Positions 36,292 to 46,911 of a DNA stretch of 64,000 nucleotides are shown one piece after another. The notes beneath the pieces are model-generated. The model did no database searches and had not been told where the DNA came from. It worked only from the letters and a program-made list of their open reading frames with translations. Origin of the DNA: a virus; the IMG/VR virus record IMGVR_UViG_3300043425_000861. One strand, 5' to 3'. Position 1 is the stretch's first letter. Each line of letters begins with the position of its first letter. The translations under genes were made by a program, and so were the position numbers.

Positions 36292-37825
36292 CCAACCTGT
36301 AAGTGTTGTTATATCAACACGAAAAATCGATGATGAGTATTTGAAACACGTTGAGAAAATGTTTTCTCACCCAAAAACACAAATACTTGTTTATGAAAAT
36401 GATGGAGTTTCATCATTAGCTGAAATTTATAACGATGGATTGAAAGATTCAATCTACGACGTTGTAGTTTTTATGCACGATGATTTAATAATTGAAACCA
36501 AATGTATTGGTGAAAAAATTATTAAATTATTTGATAAAAATCCTGAGTTTGGTATTATTGGAATTGCAGGTACCACTGATTTGGTGACAGGTAGATGGTG
36601 GGAAATTAAGAAATCAATGGTAGGTGAAGTTTATCACGAAAATGGTGGTAAAAGATGGTTATCAAAGTATTCGAAAGAATCATATTCTGATATATTAAAA
36701 GATGTTGTCTGTGTTGATGGTTTATTCTTTATGGTTCATAAAAATAGAATTAAAGATACATTCGACCAAGATTTTAAAGGATTCCATTTTTATGAAATTC
36801 CATTCTGTTTATCAAATTACACAAAAGGTGTAAAAATTGGTGTTACAACTAAATTTAACATTGTACATAAATCTGTTGGTCAGACAAATGAACAATGGGA
36901 AGAAAATAAAAAACAATTTGAAGAGAAGTTCAAAGACGTATTACCAATACGTTTAACAAACAATAAAACGTTTGATGAAAAATTAAACTACGATAAAGAT
37001 AAAATCGGTGTCGGTATTGTGACATACGATGCTCAACATAGAATCGTACAATCTGCACCTACAGTACCTTCTTGGGTAAAACATTTTGTTATTGTTAACG
37101 ATGGTACACCGTATGATGAAAATTTATATCCAAAAAATGCACATATTATTCAACACGAAACTAATATGTCTGTTGGATATGCAAAAAATTCAGCAATTCA
37201 ATATCTAATGGACCAAGGATGTGAGCATATTTTCATTATGGAAGATGATATTCTAATTAAAGATGAAAATGTCTTTGACCAATACATTAAAACATCAGTT
37301 TTAACGGGAATTAAACATTTAAATTATGCATTACAAGGACCCGCAAATAAAAAGGGTTCCAAAGGATTTGATTCATTAGAGGAGAGAGCGAAATTAAATA
37401 ACTTAACCGAACCAAACCCAAGACAAATAGTAACATATCCCGATGGTGTGGAGGTTGCATTGTACCCTAATTCTGTTGGTTCGTTCTCTTATTACAATAG
37501 AGAAGTTATTGAAAAAATTGGGTTATTTGATAAGATTTATAAAAATGCTTGGGAACACGTTGACCACACGTTAGAAGCATATAAAAATGGATTTACAACA
37601 CCTTATTGGTGGTTTGCAGATATTAACAAATCTTGGGATTATATTGAGGATATTGAAAATAGTATTGAAAATTCAACAATTGCAAGGTCAGAAACTTGGA
37701 AACAAAATTATAAAAGAGGTTTAGAACATTTCACTAAGAAGCACAAATTTGCACCTACAATGATACCTGATTTAGAACCAACAAAAGTAAGTCAGGTCTT
37801 AAATACCCTTTACCAATTTAGATAA
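36278..37825 (+). CDS. Tandem two-domain GT-A glycosyltransferase (GT2-like)
   Basis: VVFMHDD and VDGLF in domain 1; IVNDGT, AKNSAI, FIMEDD and WEHVD in domain 2. Confidence 0.85.
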   Translation: MSKSNQPVSVVISTRKIDDEYLKHVEKMFSHPKTQILVYENDGVSSLAEIYNDGLKDSIYDVVVFMHDDLIIETKCIGEKIIKLFDKNPEFGIIGIAGTTDLVTGRWWEIKKSMVGEVYHENGGKRWLSKYSKESYSDILKDVVCVDGLFFMVHKNRIKDTFDQDFKGFHFYEIPFCLSNYTKGVKIGVTTKFNIVHKSVGQTNEQWEENKKQFEEKFKDVLPIRLTNNKTFDEKLNYDKDKIGVGIVTYDAQHRIVQSAPTVPSWVKHFVIVNDGTPYDENLYPKNAHIIQHETNMSVGYAKNSAIQYLMDQGCEHIFIMEDDILIKDENVFDQYIKTSVLTGIKHLNYALQGPANKKGSKGFDSLEERAKLNNLTEPNPRQIVTYPDGVEVALYPNSVGSFSYYNREVIEKIGLFDKIYKNAWEHVDHTLEAYKNGFTTPYWWFADINKSWDYIEDIENSIENSTIARSETWKQNYKRGLEHFTKKHKFAPTMIPDLEPTKVSQVLNTLYQFR

Positions 37826-37852
37826 TATTTATTTATATAAAAACACACACTT

Positions 37853-38155
37853 ATGATGACAGTTATTTTAGTTTTAGTGGCATTAGCAGTAGCAGCAGGT
37901 GCAACATTCTTCCTTATGAAAACGGGTAAAATCGAAGATAAGGACAATAACAATATCCCTGACGTAATCGAAGACAAAATCGAGGAAGCTAAGGAAGTTG
38001 TTAAAGAAGTAAAAGAAAAAACAAAAAGAGTAGTTGAAGAAACTAAGGACGTTGTTAAAGCTGCTAAAGAGGTTGTTAAACAAACAAAGGACGTAGTAAA
38101 CGCAGCAAAAGGTTCAGGTTCTCGTAAAGGTAGAAAACCGGCAGCAAAGAAATAA
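37853..38155 (+). CDS. Membrane-anchored protein with amphipathic K/E/V repeats
   Basis: N-terminal TM segment, DKDNNNIPD, and AKEVVKE repeats. Confidence 0.75.
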   Translation: MMTVILVLVALAVAAGATFFLMKTGKIEDKDNNNIPDVIEDKIEEAKEVVKEVKEKTKRVVEETKDVVKAAKEVVKQTKDVVNAAKGSGSRKGRKPAAKK

Positions 38156-38239
38156 TTGACCACCAAAATATAGAATTATGGGTTAAAATTAGTTTTTTAA
38201 CCCTTTTTTATCTATATTTGTATTAGTTCTTTTATTTAT

Positions 38240-38630
38240 GGGGGTGTCTGGTATTGATTTCAGGTATCAGGGATAAATGGCACGTAGTCAGAATTCATCT
38301 ATGACTTAAATCCACGGTGAAAAATTTTAAGCGGCAACGTTTACAACAATATGGAAGTAGCAGGTTTACTTGCAACTTCTAAAGTAGCAGCCTAACTAAG
38401 TTAGACTCCTATCTCGGGTCGGTCAGGACATATACCTAGGAACAGAAGTCCACTGAAACGGGTCACAGGTCAGAGCTCGTTTAAAATAACTCTGAGACCA
38501 GGTTGTTTGTTAGTTTCGTTCCCACTTATATGAAACAAACTATTTGTCGGTTGAGAACCAATTGAATAAACGTGTAGTCATTTATTGTTGAACAGGAAAG
38601 ACACGGGTTCGACTCCCGTCACCTCCACCA
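38240..38630 (+). ncRNA. ssrA: tmRNA
   Basis: GGGGGTG/CACCTCC-ACCA acceptor with G3-U70, T-arm GGGTTCGACTCCC, tag frame 38333-38395 reading GNVYNNMEVAGLLATSKVAA*, and a TATATTTG promoter element at 38213. Confidence 0.93.
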
Positions 38631-38644
38631 AAAATTAAACCCAT

Positions 38645-39589
38645 CTATATGATGGGTTTTTTTGTTTCAAGTAATTCTATAAATGTATTAGCTAATTCTT
38701 TATGTCCATTTCTACTATAATGAATATCGGGTATGTTACCGTTAGTTTCCTCATTAATAGTTTCGTAATTATAGTACGGTATAAACAATTTAAAACATTC
38801 TTTTTTATGATTGATTGAGTTATACTCAATACAATTAAAAGTTTGATAGAATGGTCCTAAAATGTCTAACGGTGCTAATTCAACATTAATACCAAATACT
38901 CTTTTACCACTATTCACTAATGACTTAATCTCATCCATATTAAATGGTTTAGCTAAATCAAGTAACAAATCACAACTCCTTCCAATCGCATTTTTAACAT
39001 CAATATCAATATTTTTCCAAGACCTTGCCATCATTACATTTTTATGTCTAAGATTATTTTCTGACCATATATTATCAACAATTGTACTTGACGGTAAACA
39101 CCAACTCCAATGATATACTATGTTATTTTTTAACAATTCATTTATAATTTTAACAAATTGTTCTAATTCTTTCCAATAGATATTGTATGAATCTCTATTA
39201 ATTGCAATTTCTTGTGTGGTTCTCAAATCAACATCGTCATTTTGTTTTGGGTGTGGGGTATTTGGTAAGATGTCAATGTACCTATTTTGATGATTAGCAA
39301 TTCTAAATCTATTTATCGCTGTCCAACCGAAAATTACAATATCACCCTGTGATATGTTTTTTTTATTATCAAAAAATGTATCAAATATTGTATAATTTGA
39401 ACATCCACCAATTGCGTGATTGTGTAAATCGTAATCGAAATGATTTGCAATTAATTCTGTGTAATTTTCAGGAACCTCACCAATATAGTCCATATACTTG
39501 TTTCCCCAAGCTGAACCGCCATTTCTATGTGATTTGAATGTTTGAGTAAAAGAATCACCAAACGTATGAAGTTTGACTTTATTTAACAT
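38645..39589 (-). CDS. SGNH/GDSL-like hydrolase-fold protein
   Basis: FGDSF, NHAIGGCSN and C-terminal DIHYSRNGH. Confidence 0.7.
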   Translation of the reverse strand: MLNKVKLHTFGDSFTQTFKSHRNGGSAWGNKYMDYIGEVPENYTELIANHFDYDLHNHAIGGCSNYTIFDTFFDNKKNISQGDIVIFGWTAINRFRIANHQNRYIDILPNTPHPKQNDDVDLRTTQEIAINRDSYNIYWKELEQFVKIINELLKNNIVYHWSWCLPSSTIVDNIWSENNLRHKNVMMARSWKNIDIDVKNAIGRSCDLLLDLAKPFNMDEIKSLVNSGKRVFGINVELAPLDILGPFYQTFNCIEYNSINHKKECFKLFIPYYNYETINEETNGNIPDIHYSRNGHKELANTFIELLETKKPII

Positions 39590-39614
39590 ACTGTTTTAAT
39601 CTAAATAGGTATAA

Positions 39615-39715
39615 ACGAACAAAAGGTCCGAAGACCCTTTGCCGAGATTTGAAATACCTCCTTTTCGTTTTATAATCGTTATCGTTTAACGGCGACCAAA
39701 CCAATTAAACTCTAA
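39615..39715 (-). ncRNA. Candidate small RNA containing AAAGGAGGU
   Basis: TATTTATT box upstream on the minus strand, hairpin AAAGGGTC-TTCG-GACCTTTT at the 3' end, and no ATG ORF. Confidence 0.4.
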
Positions 39716-39731
39716 TAATAAATATCACAAA

Positions 39732-40697
39732 TTAAACAAAACGAGCGAAAGATTTTAATAAACTTAAACCAACCATTCCTTTAAAACCGTCCATTGCGCT
39801 GTCAACAACACCAGGACTTTTTTCTGCACTATTATCTGCAGATGTTTCTAATGATGATTTTTCATCGTCCGAAAGTGAATTGTTATAAATTTTTGCAAAT
39901 TCAGGGTCTTTTAATAATTTTTCTGCTAATTCAGGATTATCACCTGGATTACGCATAAAATTTTCAAATGTTTGTATGTTTGGGAAACCAAATGTACCTA
40001 ATAAATTACTACCAAGTATTAATTTTCTAACAACGTTTTTTCTCATCATTCTTCCACCATAAACAACATTCCACCATCTTGAAATGAAATTACTAGGAGC
40101 TTTACCGCCAGTGTTTACTAAGAATCTTTGTAACGCTTGATTTTGAAAATTTTGTTTAACGGTTTTACCAACACCTCTTTCCAATGTTTTAGTTGCGGTA
40201 GTTGCCATACCTTGAACCTTACCCATTAAACCTTTTTGTAAATTTTGTGCATTTTTCAATATTGCAGCATTACCTGGTGAAACTTTATTTACTTGACCAA
40301 CTAATTTAGCAATTTGAGGGTTATCAAGTTGTTTACCAATTTTAGAATATGCCGCTTTTGCTGCGGGATTGTCCGATAAATATTTTAAAAATGTTGCAGA
40401 TGTTTTAAATGCACCTGCAGCCTTACCTAATCTTAAGAATGGTTTAACGATGAAATCACCGAAGGTTGGAATTAATGCAAATAACATTAAACCAGCTTCA
40501 ATTTTTCTATCTTGTCTATAATAATGTATAATTAATGCAATATCTGCAATCTCACCAATTACAGGTACGAATCCAACAAGTTGTAGTAAATTTTCACCCC
40601 AACCTTCGGACACTTCTTGATTTATTGGTTCGTAAGATTCCGATTTTGTGTATTTTTTTTCTTTAAAGTTTTCCATTATTTCCAAATTACTCCGCAA
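39732..40697 (-). CDS. Hypothetical, probable virion protein (pre-toxin-TG-like FVPVIGEIAD segment)
   Basis: 321 aa; last gene of a four-gene operon. Confidence 0.7.
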   Translation of the reverse strand: MRSNLEIMENFKEKKYTKSESYEPINQEVSEGWGENLLQLVGFVPVIGEIADIALIIHYYRQDRKIEAGLMLFALIPTFGDFIVKPFLRLGKAAGAFKTSATFLKYLSDNPAAKAAYSKIGKQLDNPQIAKLVGQVNKVSPGNAAILKNAQNLQKGLMGKVQGMATTATKTLERGVGKTVKQNFQNQALQRFLVNTGGKAPSNFISRWWNVVYGGRMMRKNVVRKLILGSNLLGTFGFPNIQTFENFMRNPGDNPELAEKLLKDPEFAKIYNNSLSDDEKSSLETSADNSAEKSPGVVDSAMDGFKGMVGLSLLKSFARFV

Positions 40698-41296
40698 AGT
40701 TTATTACCTGCCAATTCACCAATGTTTGATTGTTTTATCAATTCATCAATGATATTACCTAAACCCGATTTTGCTTGGTCCGCAACATTTAAACCTACCG
40801 ATTTTTCACCGAATTGCATATAACCTCTGATACCCGCCATAATTGCGTCTGAAATTTCTGGCATTTTTTGTCTACATAATTCAGGAGTTTTAAATACTCT
40901 TAATAAGTCTCTTGGGTCCATTTGTTCAAGTGCTGCTGCCATTGCATTTGCTGCACCTTGACCAACACCAAGTTGGACTAATATCCATCTAATAACTTGT
41001 TCTTTTATTGTACCTAAACCACCTCCAATTAGTGCATCAAAAACGTTGGTATTCTTCCATATATCACCAGCAACTGCACCGGCTCCTTGTTGTAGTTTAT
41101 CTAAAAATTGTTCAGAAACTAATTCAATTTCTTCAACAGTATAACCTTCATCAAGTAATTTACCAGTCTTAGATAGATATTGTGTAAATAAGAAATCCAC
41201 ATCTTCAATATCACTTAATTCATTGAGTGATTCTTGAATACGATTTCTTCTTATTTTAAGTAACTCCTCTTTTAATTTTTTATTTAAAGTATCCAT
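40676..41296 (-). CDS. Hypothetical protein
   Basis: 206 aa, within the operon. Confidence 0.7.
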   Translation of the reverse strand: MDTLNKKLKEELLKIRRNRIQESLNELSDIEDVDFLFTQYLSKTGKLLDEGYTVEEIELVSEQFLDKLQQGAGAVAGDIWKNTNVFDALIGGGLGTIKEQVIRWILVQLGVGQGAANAMAAALEQMDPRDLLRVFKTPELCRQKMPEISDAIMAGIRGYMQFGEKSVGLNVADQAKSGLGNIIDELIKQSNIGELAGNKLCGVIWK

Positions 41297-41305
41297 AAAT
41301 TTTAA

Positions 41306-43183
41306 TTATCTTTTTAACCAAACGTATTTGTCACCGTAACTTTTATCTAATTTTTGTTTGATTCTATCATAACCCAATCCTGATAAAGTAGTGTCTAATT
41401 TACCAACAGTTTCAGCATCTAAATCAGGACCTTTATATTTTACTCGATTTGTTGGTGGTAATACTGTACCATCTTCTAATCTTGTTTCATTTGCATCTCC
41501 TTTAAGATATCCAGCATCTTTAAGTGCGGTATATAAATCTACCGGTTGTTGATTAGACTGAATTATAGGAGCTATTTGAGGTAACTTCATATCAATAGCA
41601 GATGGTAATTTAATATCTCTTGTTGGTAATTTTATTGGTTCAGCATCTAATCTTTTTGTAGGTGCCGGATTAGAACCATTACAGTTACTTGTTATTTTCA
41701 AATAAACATCTTTTGTTAATTTTGAACCATCATATCCCGCATCACTCAATGCTTTAGTTGTTATAGGTCCAAAATTACCTGTTTGATATTTTTGAGGTAA
41801 GCCTAAACATAATTGTACTTCTCTTACATAATCACTCTTACAACCTGGTGTTAAATCAAAATCAGCGCAAGGCTTATATGTTGACCTTGTTTTGGCTGGA
41901 CCAGCATCATCTGTTTTTCTTGTATCGTCACCACCCGCAGCCTTTTCACCGTCCCAATCAATATGGATGTTAGAATATTTTTCATCTGTAGCCTGTTCGG
42001 CAATTGTAGCACTCACTTCTTCTGCACCACCACTAGTTCCTTTACAGTAGTAACTACCTCTTACTTGACCATCACCTGTAATTGCTCTATTATTTGGCCA
42101 AAAAGTTAATCCTTGGTGGTTTCTTGATTTTTCATCAACACCATCAGGTATTGTTGCAATTACAACATCACCTGTACCAATTCCGAATTCTACATCAGGT
42201 AAATTAGCAACACAAGAAGGTAAAACACCATCAGCATTTTTTCCATCTTTACCGAACAAACCTTTAACAAGTTCATACGCACCATAACCTGCAAGTCCAT
42301 ATAACAATGCCTGTTTAAGTGACATTCTACCTTTTAGACCTTTTATTTTATTCCATACGTTAGCACCATATTTTCCAATATTATAACCCGCCTTCTCAAC
42401 TGCAGTCATTGCTGCCGCTTCTCCTTTTACTACATCTTTTAATTTACCAACTTCTTTAAGTGGGGTATTAGTAGCAGCCGGAACACTTGTTCCTTTCATT
42501 TTTTTGTAATCTGCTAATCTTTGATTTAAATCTTTACCTGAGAAAGCACTGGTACCTGCATTTTTAGGAATACCCGGCATAGCTTTAGGAACACCTCCTG
42601 TTGGTATTTTATTACCTTTAACCGCACCTGCTGCAACATCATCCACGTTTTTCGATACACCAACGGCAATATCATCAGCCTGTTTAACAATTCTATTAAT
42701 TGTCGCTTCAGGATAACCCGCATTTTTTAATAACATCATACGGTCTGCTCTTGATGCTCCCTGAAATTGAGTAGCTAAACTACTTTTTGAACCCATTAAC
42801 TCTTTTGTATAATTTTTAATCGCGTCATCAAATAAACCTGGATTAGTTTTAACAAACTTGGTGTCTTTTAAAATACCTTTACTAAAGTTACCAAGTTCTC
42901 CTGACAACGCTTTTCCTTCTCTTGCTCTCTTTAAAAACGCTACAGCATCATCTGCAGAACCTTTAAACATTGGGAGTCCCTTAATTTCACCACCTAAAAG
43001 TTTTATTGCGTCATCACTAAAATTTCTCAATAAAGCTTTAAGTTGCTCATCTAACGATTCTTGGTTTTCATAAATCATACCATCATCAACTAAATCATTG
43101 TTCTCAACAATAACATTAGTATCTTTAATACCCATAAGGACTTTAACCCTATCTACTTGTTCATTAAGTTCTATCTTTTTCAT
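41306..43183 (-). CDS. Probable virion protein with peptidoglycan-binding-like segment
   Basis: LTPGCKSDYVREVQLCL...GNFGPITTKAL resembles PG_binding_1. Confidence 0.7.
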   Translation of the reverse strand: MKKIELNEQVDRVKVLMGIKDTNVIVENNDLVDDGMIYENQESLDEQLKALLRNFSDDAIKLLGGEIKGLPMFKGSADDAVAFLKRAREGKALSGELGNFSKGILKDTKFVKTNPGLFDDAIKNYTKELMGSKSSLATQFQGASRADRMMLLKNAGYPEATINRIVKQADDIAVGVSKNVDDVAAGAVKGNKIPTGGVPKAMPGIPKNAGTSAFSGKDLNQRLADYKKMKGTSVPAATNTPLKEVGKLKDVVKGEAAAMTAVEKAGYNIGKYGANVWNKIKGLKGRMSLKQALLYGLAGYGAYELVKGLFGKDGKNADGVLPSCVANLPDVEFGIGTGDVVIATIPDGVDEKSRNHQGLTFWPNNRAITGDGQVRGSYYCKGTSGGAEEVSATIAEQATDEKYSNIHIDWDGEKAAGGDDTRKTDDAGPAKTRSTYKPCADFDLTPGCKSDYVREVQLCLGLPQKYQTGNFGPITTKALSDAGYDGSKLTKDVYLKITSNCNGSNPAPTKRLDAEPIKLPTRDIKLPSAIDMKLPQIAPIIQSNQQPVDLYTALKDAGYLKGDANETRLEDGTVLPPTNRVKYKGPDLDAETVGKLDTTLSGLGYDRIKQKLDKSYGDKYVWLKR

Positions 43184-43194
43184 ATTTTTTTGTT

Positions 43195-44472
43195 TTATAA
43201 TGATGTTTCAAAATCATATGTCGCACCATCTAATTTAATATCATCTAACTTTTCTGCTGTGGGTGAACCGTTTCTTTCGCGATAAGCTTCGACACCTTTA
43301 TTTAAAAGTGCAGTTCCGCCAGCAAATGCCAATCCAGCAGTTGCTCCTTTTTTAGCTGCGGTGGCTATTGATACCGGACCTCTTCCTTTTATCGCCTTCA
43401 AACCGGGTACCACTATATCTCTTTTTATTTGTTGTTTAACTACTGAACCAACTGAAGGTGCTTTACTACCCGCGGCCTTTGTAATGGCTTCTGACATTCT
43501 AGTAAAAATCCCATCGATTCTACCTTTAAATGTTTGTATTAATTTTGTTGCACCTGGTCCTAATGCCTTTGCTAACCATTCTAATGGTTTTACCATCACT
43601 CCGATTAACCAACGAGCACCCTTACCAATAACGTTTAGAATTGGACCAAAGAATTTAGCTCCTAATTTTGCAACATTACTTCCTGCAGCTTTTAGAGTTA
43701 CTCTCGCAGCTTTAGCTGCTCCTGAAAAACCAACTCCAAGTACACAAACAGCAATGTCGAGATATGTGAAAATACTTGTGGCATCAGTTTGTCCCGATAC
43801 TAATTGATATATTTTCCAAACTAAAATCGCCCCCCATAAAACTCCTGTGGCAACTTTACCAACACCAATCGCGGTTAATGCAATATCTAAACCAATACCC
43901 ACTGGTGATATTAGAAAATCCTCTAATTTTTGAAAGAACCAAGGTAATCCCTTTTTTAAAATCCAAGCACCTGCGTCTTTAATACCTTCCCAAGCTTTTC
44001 CTGCAACTTCTTTTGTTTTATCCCAAGCCTTTCCTGCAACTTCTTTCGTTTTATTCCAAGTATTCCCAACATCGGATTTAAACTCATCCCAAGAATACTC
44101 CTGAATAATCATTGGACATTGTTCGTACAATTTGTTCTTTACAAAATCCCAAGACTCAAGAATTATTTGTTCAGTTCTGTACTTATCTTCAGATTCGAAG
44201 ATTAAGTTGTTACCATATCTAACCTCATATTCCATAATGTAACCACTATTATTACCCATCATCGGGTAGATAAGTTGTTTCATTTTTTTAAATAAATCGG
44301 TCGATTCAAAAAGATTTTCTTTGTAAGCAAATGCAAATTGGTTTTTATACATTTCACAAACAAATATTGGATTCGGAGAATCGATATCGGTTGAAATGTC
44401 GGTGTGTAAATCAACGATTCTACCCAACATTTGTACATATCTACCGTCACCAGTTATGTTAAAATTTTCCAT
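43195..44472 (-). CDS. Probable virion/membrane protein with 11-residue W-repeats
   Basis: W(N/D)KTKEVAGKA repeats and hydrophobic helices; TATTTATA upstream. Confidence 0.7.
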   Translation of the reverse strand: MENFNITGDGRYVQMLGRIVDLHTDISTDIDSPNPIFVCEMYKNQFAFAYKENLFESTDLFKKMKQLIYPMMGNNSGYIMEYEVRYGNNLIFESEDKYRTEQIILESWDFVKNKLYEQCPMIIQEYSWDEFKSDVGNTWNKTKEVAGKAWDKTKEVAGKAWEGIKDAGAWILKKGLPWFFQKLEDFLISPVGIGLDIALTAIGVGKVATGVLWGAILVWKIYQLVSGQTDATSIFTYLDIAVCVLGVGFSGAAKAARVTLKAAGSNVAKLGAKFFGPILNVIGKGARWLIGVMVKPLEWLAKALGPGATKLIQTFKGRIDGIFTRMSEAITKAAGSKAPSVGSVVKQQIKRDIVVPGLKAIKGRGPVSIATAAKKGATAGLAFAGGTALLNKGVEAYRERNGSPTAEKLDDIKLDGATYDFETSL

Positions 44473-44512
44473 TTATCTTTTGATTACTATATAAATATCC
44501 TATAAAAGTTAT

Positions 44513-44768
44513 TTATTTCAATTTATTTGCCTTTCCTCTTTCCTTAATTCTGTCCTCCATTGGTGTATTGTCAATCTTGTTTGCAGGTCCTCGAGTAACT
44601 CCACTTTCCCAAACACCTACCTCAGGGTATCCTTGACCACCACTTTGTGTGGATGAAGTACCTGATTCAGGTTGTGCTGCTGCTGGGTCATCCTGTTCGT
44701 CAATCTCTTGATTATCAGTACTTTTAAACAACCCTTTTAGTTGTTTTTCACTTATTAATATCTTCATA
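44513..44768 (-). CDS. Small hypothetical protein
   Basis: MKILISEKQLK N-terminus; WESGVTRGPAN. Confidence 0.65.
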
Positions 44769-44848
44769 TATGATAAATAGTAAAAAAAATATTTGAAATA
44801 TTCTTGTATATTCAAAAAAATACATATTTTTGTTCAAATTTTGAAGTT

Positions 44849-45469
44849 ATGAGAGCAATATTAAGTTTACTATTAGTGGTAATTCTTACAGGATGTGAGA
44901 AATACGAGCAACCATCAAGTATCTTACAACAGTTATCAGGACCCACTCCATTTTATTTGAAATCTTATAGAATTCAAATTCAAACTACTAATGAAAAAGA
45001 CGATATTGGTATGTTTGTTGATGTAGGAAGTCCAAACACAACAAACTACATTGGTTTGGGTGATTGGTACGTAATCAATAGAATTGGTGATAGATATATT
45101 ATAAGATGTGATACCACTTCATTAATTGCACAAAGAAAATACGTAATAGGAGACCAATGGAATTTTGGTAACCCTGACATATACGGTTTAAAAATATTTG
45201 ATAACCTTAGAAGTCGAATTAATGGAGTTTGTGAAGTATATGAGGGAGGAAGTAGTAGTACTTTCGTTTATCCTAATTTATTAAAGATTATAGATAGTAA
45301 GTCTGGTATGACGGACTATGGATTTTCTGCATCTACTAATTCAAGAGGTGTATCTTACGCCACTGAATTATATTTAACCACACCAAAAAAATGGTTTTAT
45401 GTTAAAGAAGGTCAAAGAGTGATAGGTAGATTCAATTATTCGATAGAATTATTATTTAATAGAAATTAA
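44849..45469 (+). CDS. Lipoprotein
   Basis: MRAILSLLLVVILTGC lipobox. Confidence 0.7.
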   Translation: MRAILSLLLVVILTGCEKYEQPSSILQQLSGPTPFYLKSYRIQIQTTNEKDDIGMFVDVGSPNTTNYIGLGDWYVINRIGDRYIIRCDTTSLIAQRKYVIGDQWNFGNPDIYGLKIFDNLRSRINGVCEVYEGGSSSTFVYPNLLKIIDSKSGMTDYGFSASTNSRGVSYATELYLTTPKKWFYVKEGQRVIGRFNYSIELLFNRN

Positions 45470-45834
45470 CTATCGTAAATTGTTGGGTCGATTTTTGAAT
45501 ACATTTTAATGTATTGACCGGCTTTTGCATTTGCCTCATCCTCAATTTCACCACCGATATCAGGTGGTCTAACTTCGAGACGACCTTGTTCGAATTGTTT
45601 GTGATGAACCATTTCGTGTGCCACACTTCTCATAACATCAACTAACATACGACCTTTACCGAAAACCTTAATTATCTTGTTTTCTTTGGTGTAATCGTAA
45701 TTAGCGGTAGTTTTAAGACCATCTCTGTTCCCTTTAATTACAATTGTAGGAACGGTTTCAAGTTCAAGTTCTTTTTTAACGAACTTAACAAACTCATTTA
45801 GCCTTTCTTTATTTTCATCACTTAGGAATCCCAT
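45466..45834 (-). CDS. HEXXH zincin-like protein
   Basis: AHEMVH followed by EDEANAKAG. Confidence 0.7.
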   Translation of the reverse strand: MGFLSDENKERLNEFVKFVKKELELETVPTIVIKGNRDGLKTTANYDYTKENKIIKVFGKGRMLVDVMRSVAHEMVHHKQFEQGRLEVRPPDIGGEIEDEANAKAGQYIKMYSKIDPTIYDS

Positions 45835-45846
45835 ACTATATAAATA

Positions 45847-46095
45847 TCATAAAATAATTTCATCAGGTAAATCATTTTCAGTTAGATATTGATTTACCAA
45901 ATCAATTATGAAATCTTCTTCTATTTCGTTTAAATCATATTCATCAATAATTTCAGGAGAATACAATTCAATATCACCAAAATCAAGTTCTAAGATTCTA
46001 TAAAACTTGTCAAGGTCTTCTTTTGTGGAAAATTCAACGTATAACCTTCTGGTATCCTCGTTGTAGTAATATTCGTGTATAATCATTGTAAACAA
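45847..46095 (-). CDS. Small acidic hypothetical protein
   Basis: 82-aa ORF. Confidence 0.6.
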   Translation of the reverse strand: MFTMIIHEYYYNEDTRRLYVEFSTKEDLDKFYRILELDFGDIELYSPEIIDEYDLNEIEEDFIIDLVNQYLTENDLPDEIIL

Positions 46096-46123
46096 TGATA
46101 AGTATAACGAACTTTTTAAAAAG

Positions 46124-46864
46124 TTATGCCATATTTGAATGGACTTTTGTTGGATTCATAGCCAAACCACCAGTATTCAATACTTCATAATGTAAATGTG
46201 GTCCTGTAGAATTACCAGCATATTTCGCACCTGCTTGACCACCTGAATAACCAATTAATTGACCTTTCTTAACCTCATCTCCTTTTTTAACTACCCATTG
46301 AGTTAAATGACAGAACTTTGTCATCAATCCTACATTCGTATGATTTAATTTAACAAATCCACCACAACCATTTGGAGTAGTATCGCCAGCAAACATCACC
46401 ACCGCATCTTGAGGTGCATATACTGCAGTACCAACAGGTGCTCCAATATCCACACCTTTATGATTTTTGGATGTATTACCCCCAATATTTCTCATACCAA
46501 AACTACTGGTCACTTTGTATGAAGGTCCCAATGGGTGCATAAGTTCTAAACCTGGAGGTATATTTGCGGCAAATTCTCCCGCACCACCTCTATTGGTTTC
46601 GGTACCACCTGACACACTATTTTGAGTATTACCTGACGTTTTTGAAAATAAAGACGTTGCCAAATCTACCATCATATTAGTGTAACTATCAACAGTACCC
46701 TGTAAACCACTTCCCGAACTTTTTGACGTTTCAGTACTGCCGGTTGTTGATGTTTGAGTATTACCGGTTGTTGATGTTTGAGTACTACCTGTTTTTGGAG
46801 TTTCTTGTTCCTCTAATCTCCACATTAGATTTTTAACTTGGTTTTCTGTTAATTGAAGTTTCAT
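46124..46864 (-). CDS. M23 family peptidase
   Basis: HKGVD, FCHL and STGPHLHYE motifs; T/S-rich linker. Confidence 0.9.
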   Translation of the reverse strand: MKLQLTENQVKNLMWRLEEQETPKTGSTQTSTTGNTQTSTTGSTETSKSSGSGLQGTVDSYTNMMVDLATSLFSKTSGNTQNSVSGGTETNRGGAGEFAANIPPGLELMHPLGPSYKVTSSFGMRNIGGNTSKNHKGVDIGAPVGTAVYAPQDAVVMFAGDTTPNGCGGFVKLNHTNVGLMTKFCHLTQWVVKKGDEVKKGQLIGYSGGQAGAKYAGNSTGPHLHYEVLNTGGLAMNPTKVHSNMA

Positions 46865-46911
46865 ACAAATATAAATATACAATTTACTCTAAATTTACAA
46901 TACTTAATAAT

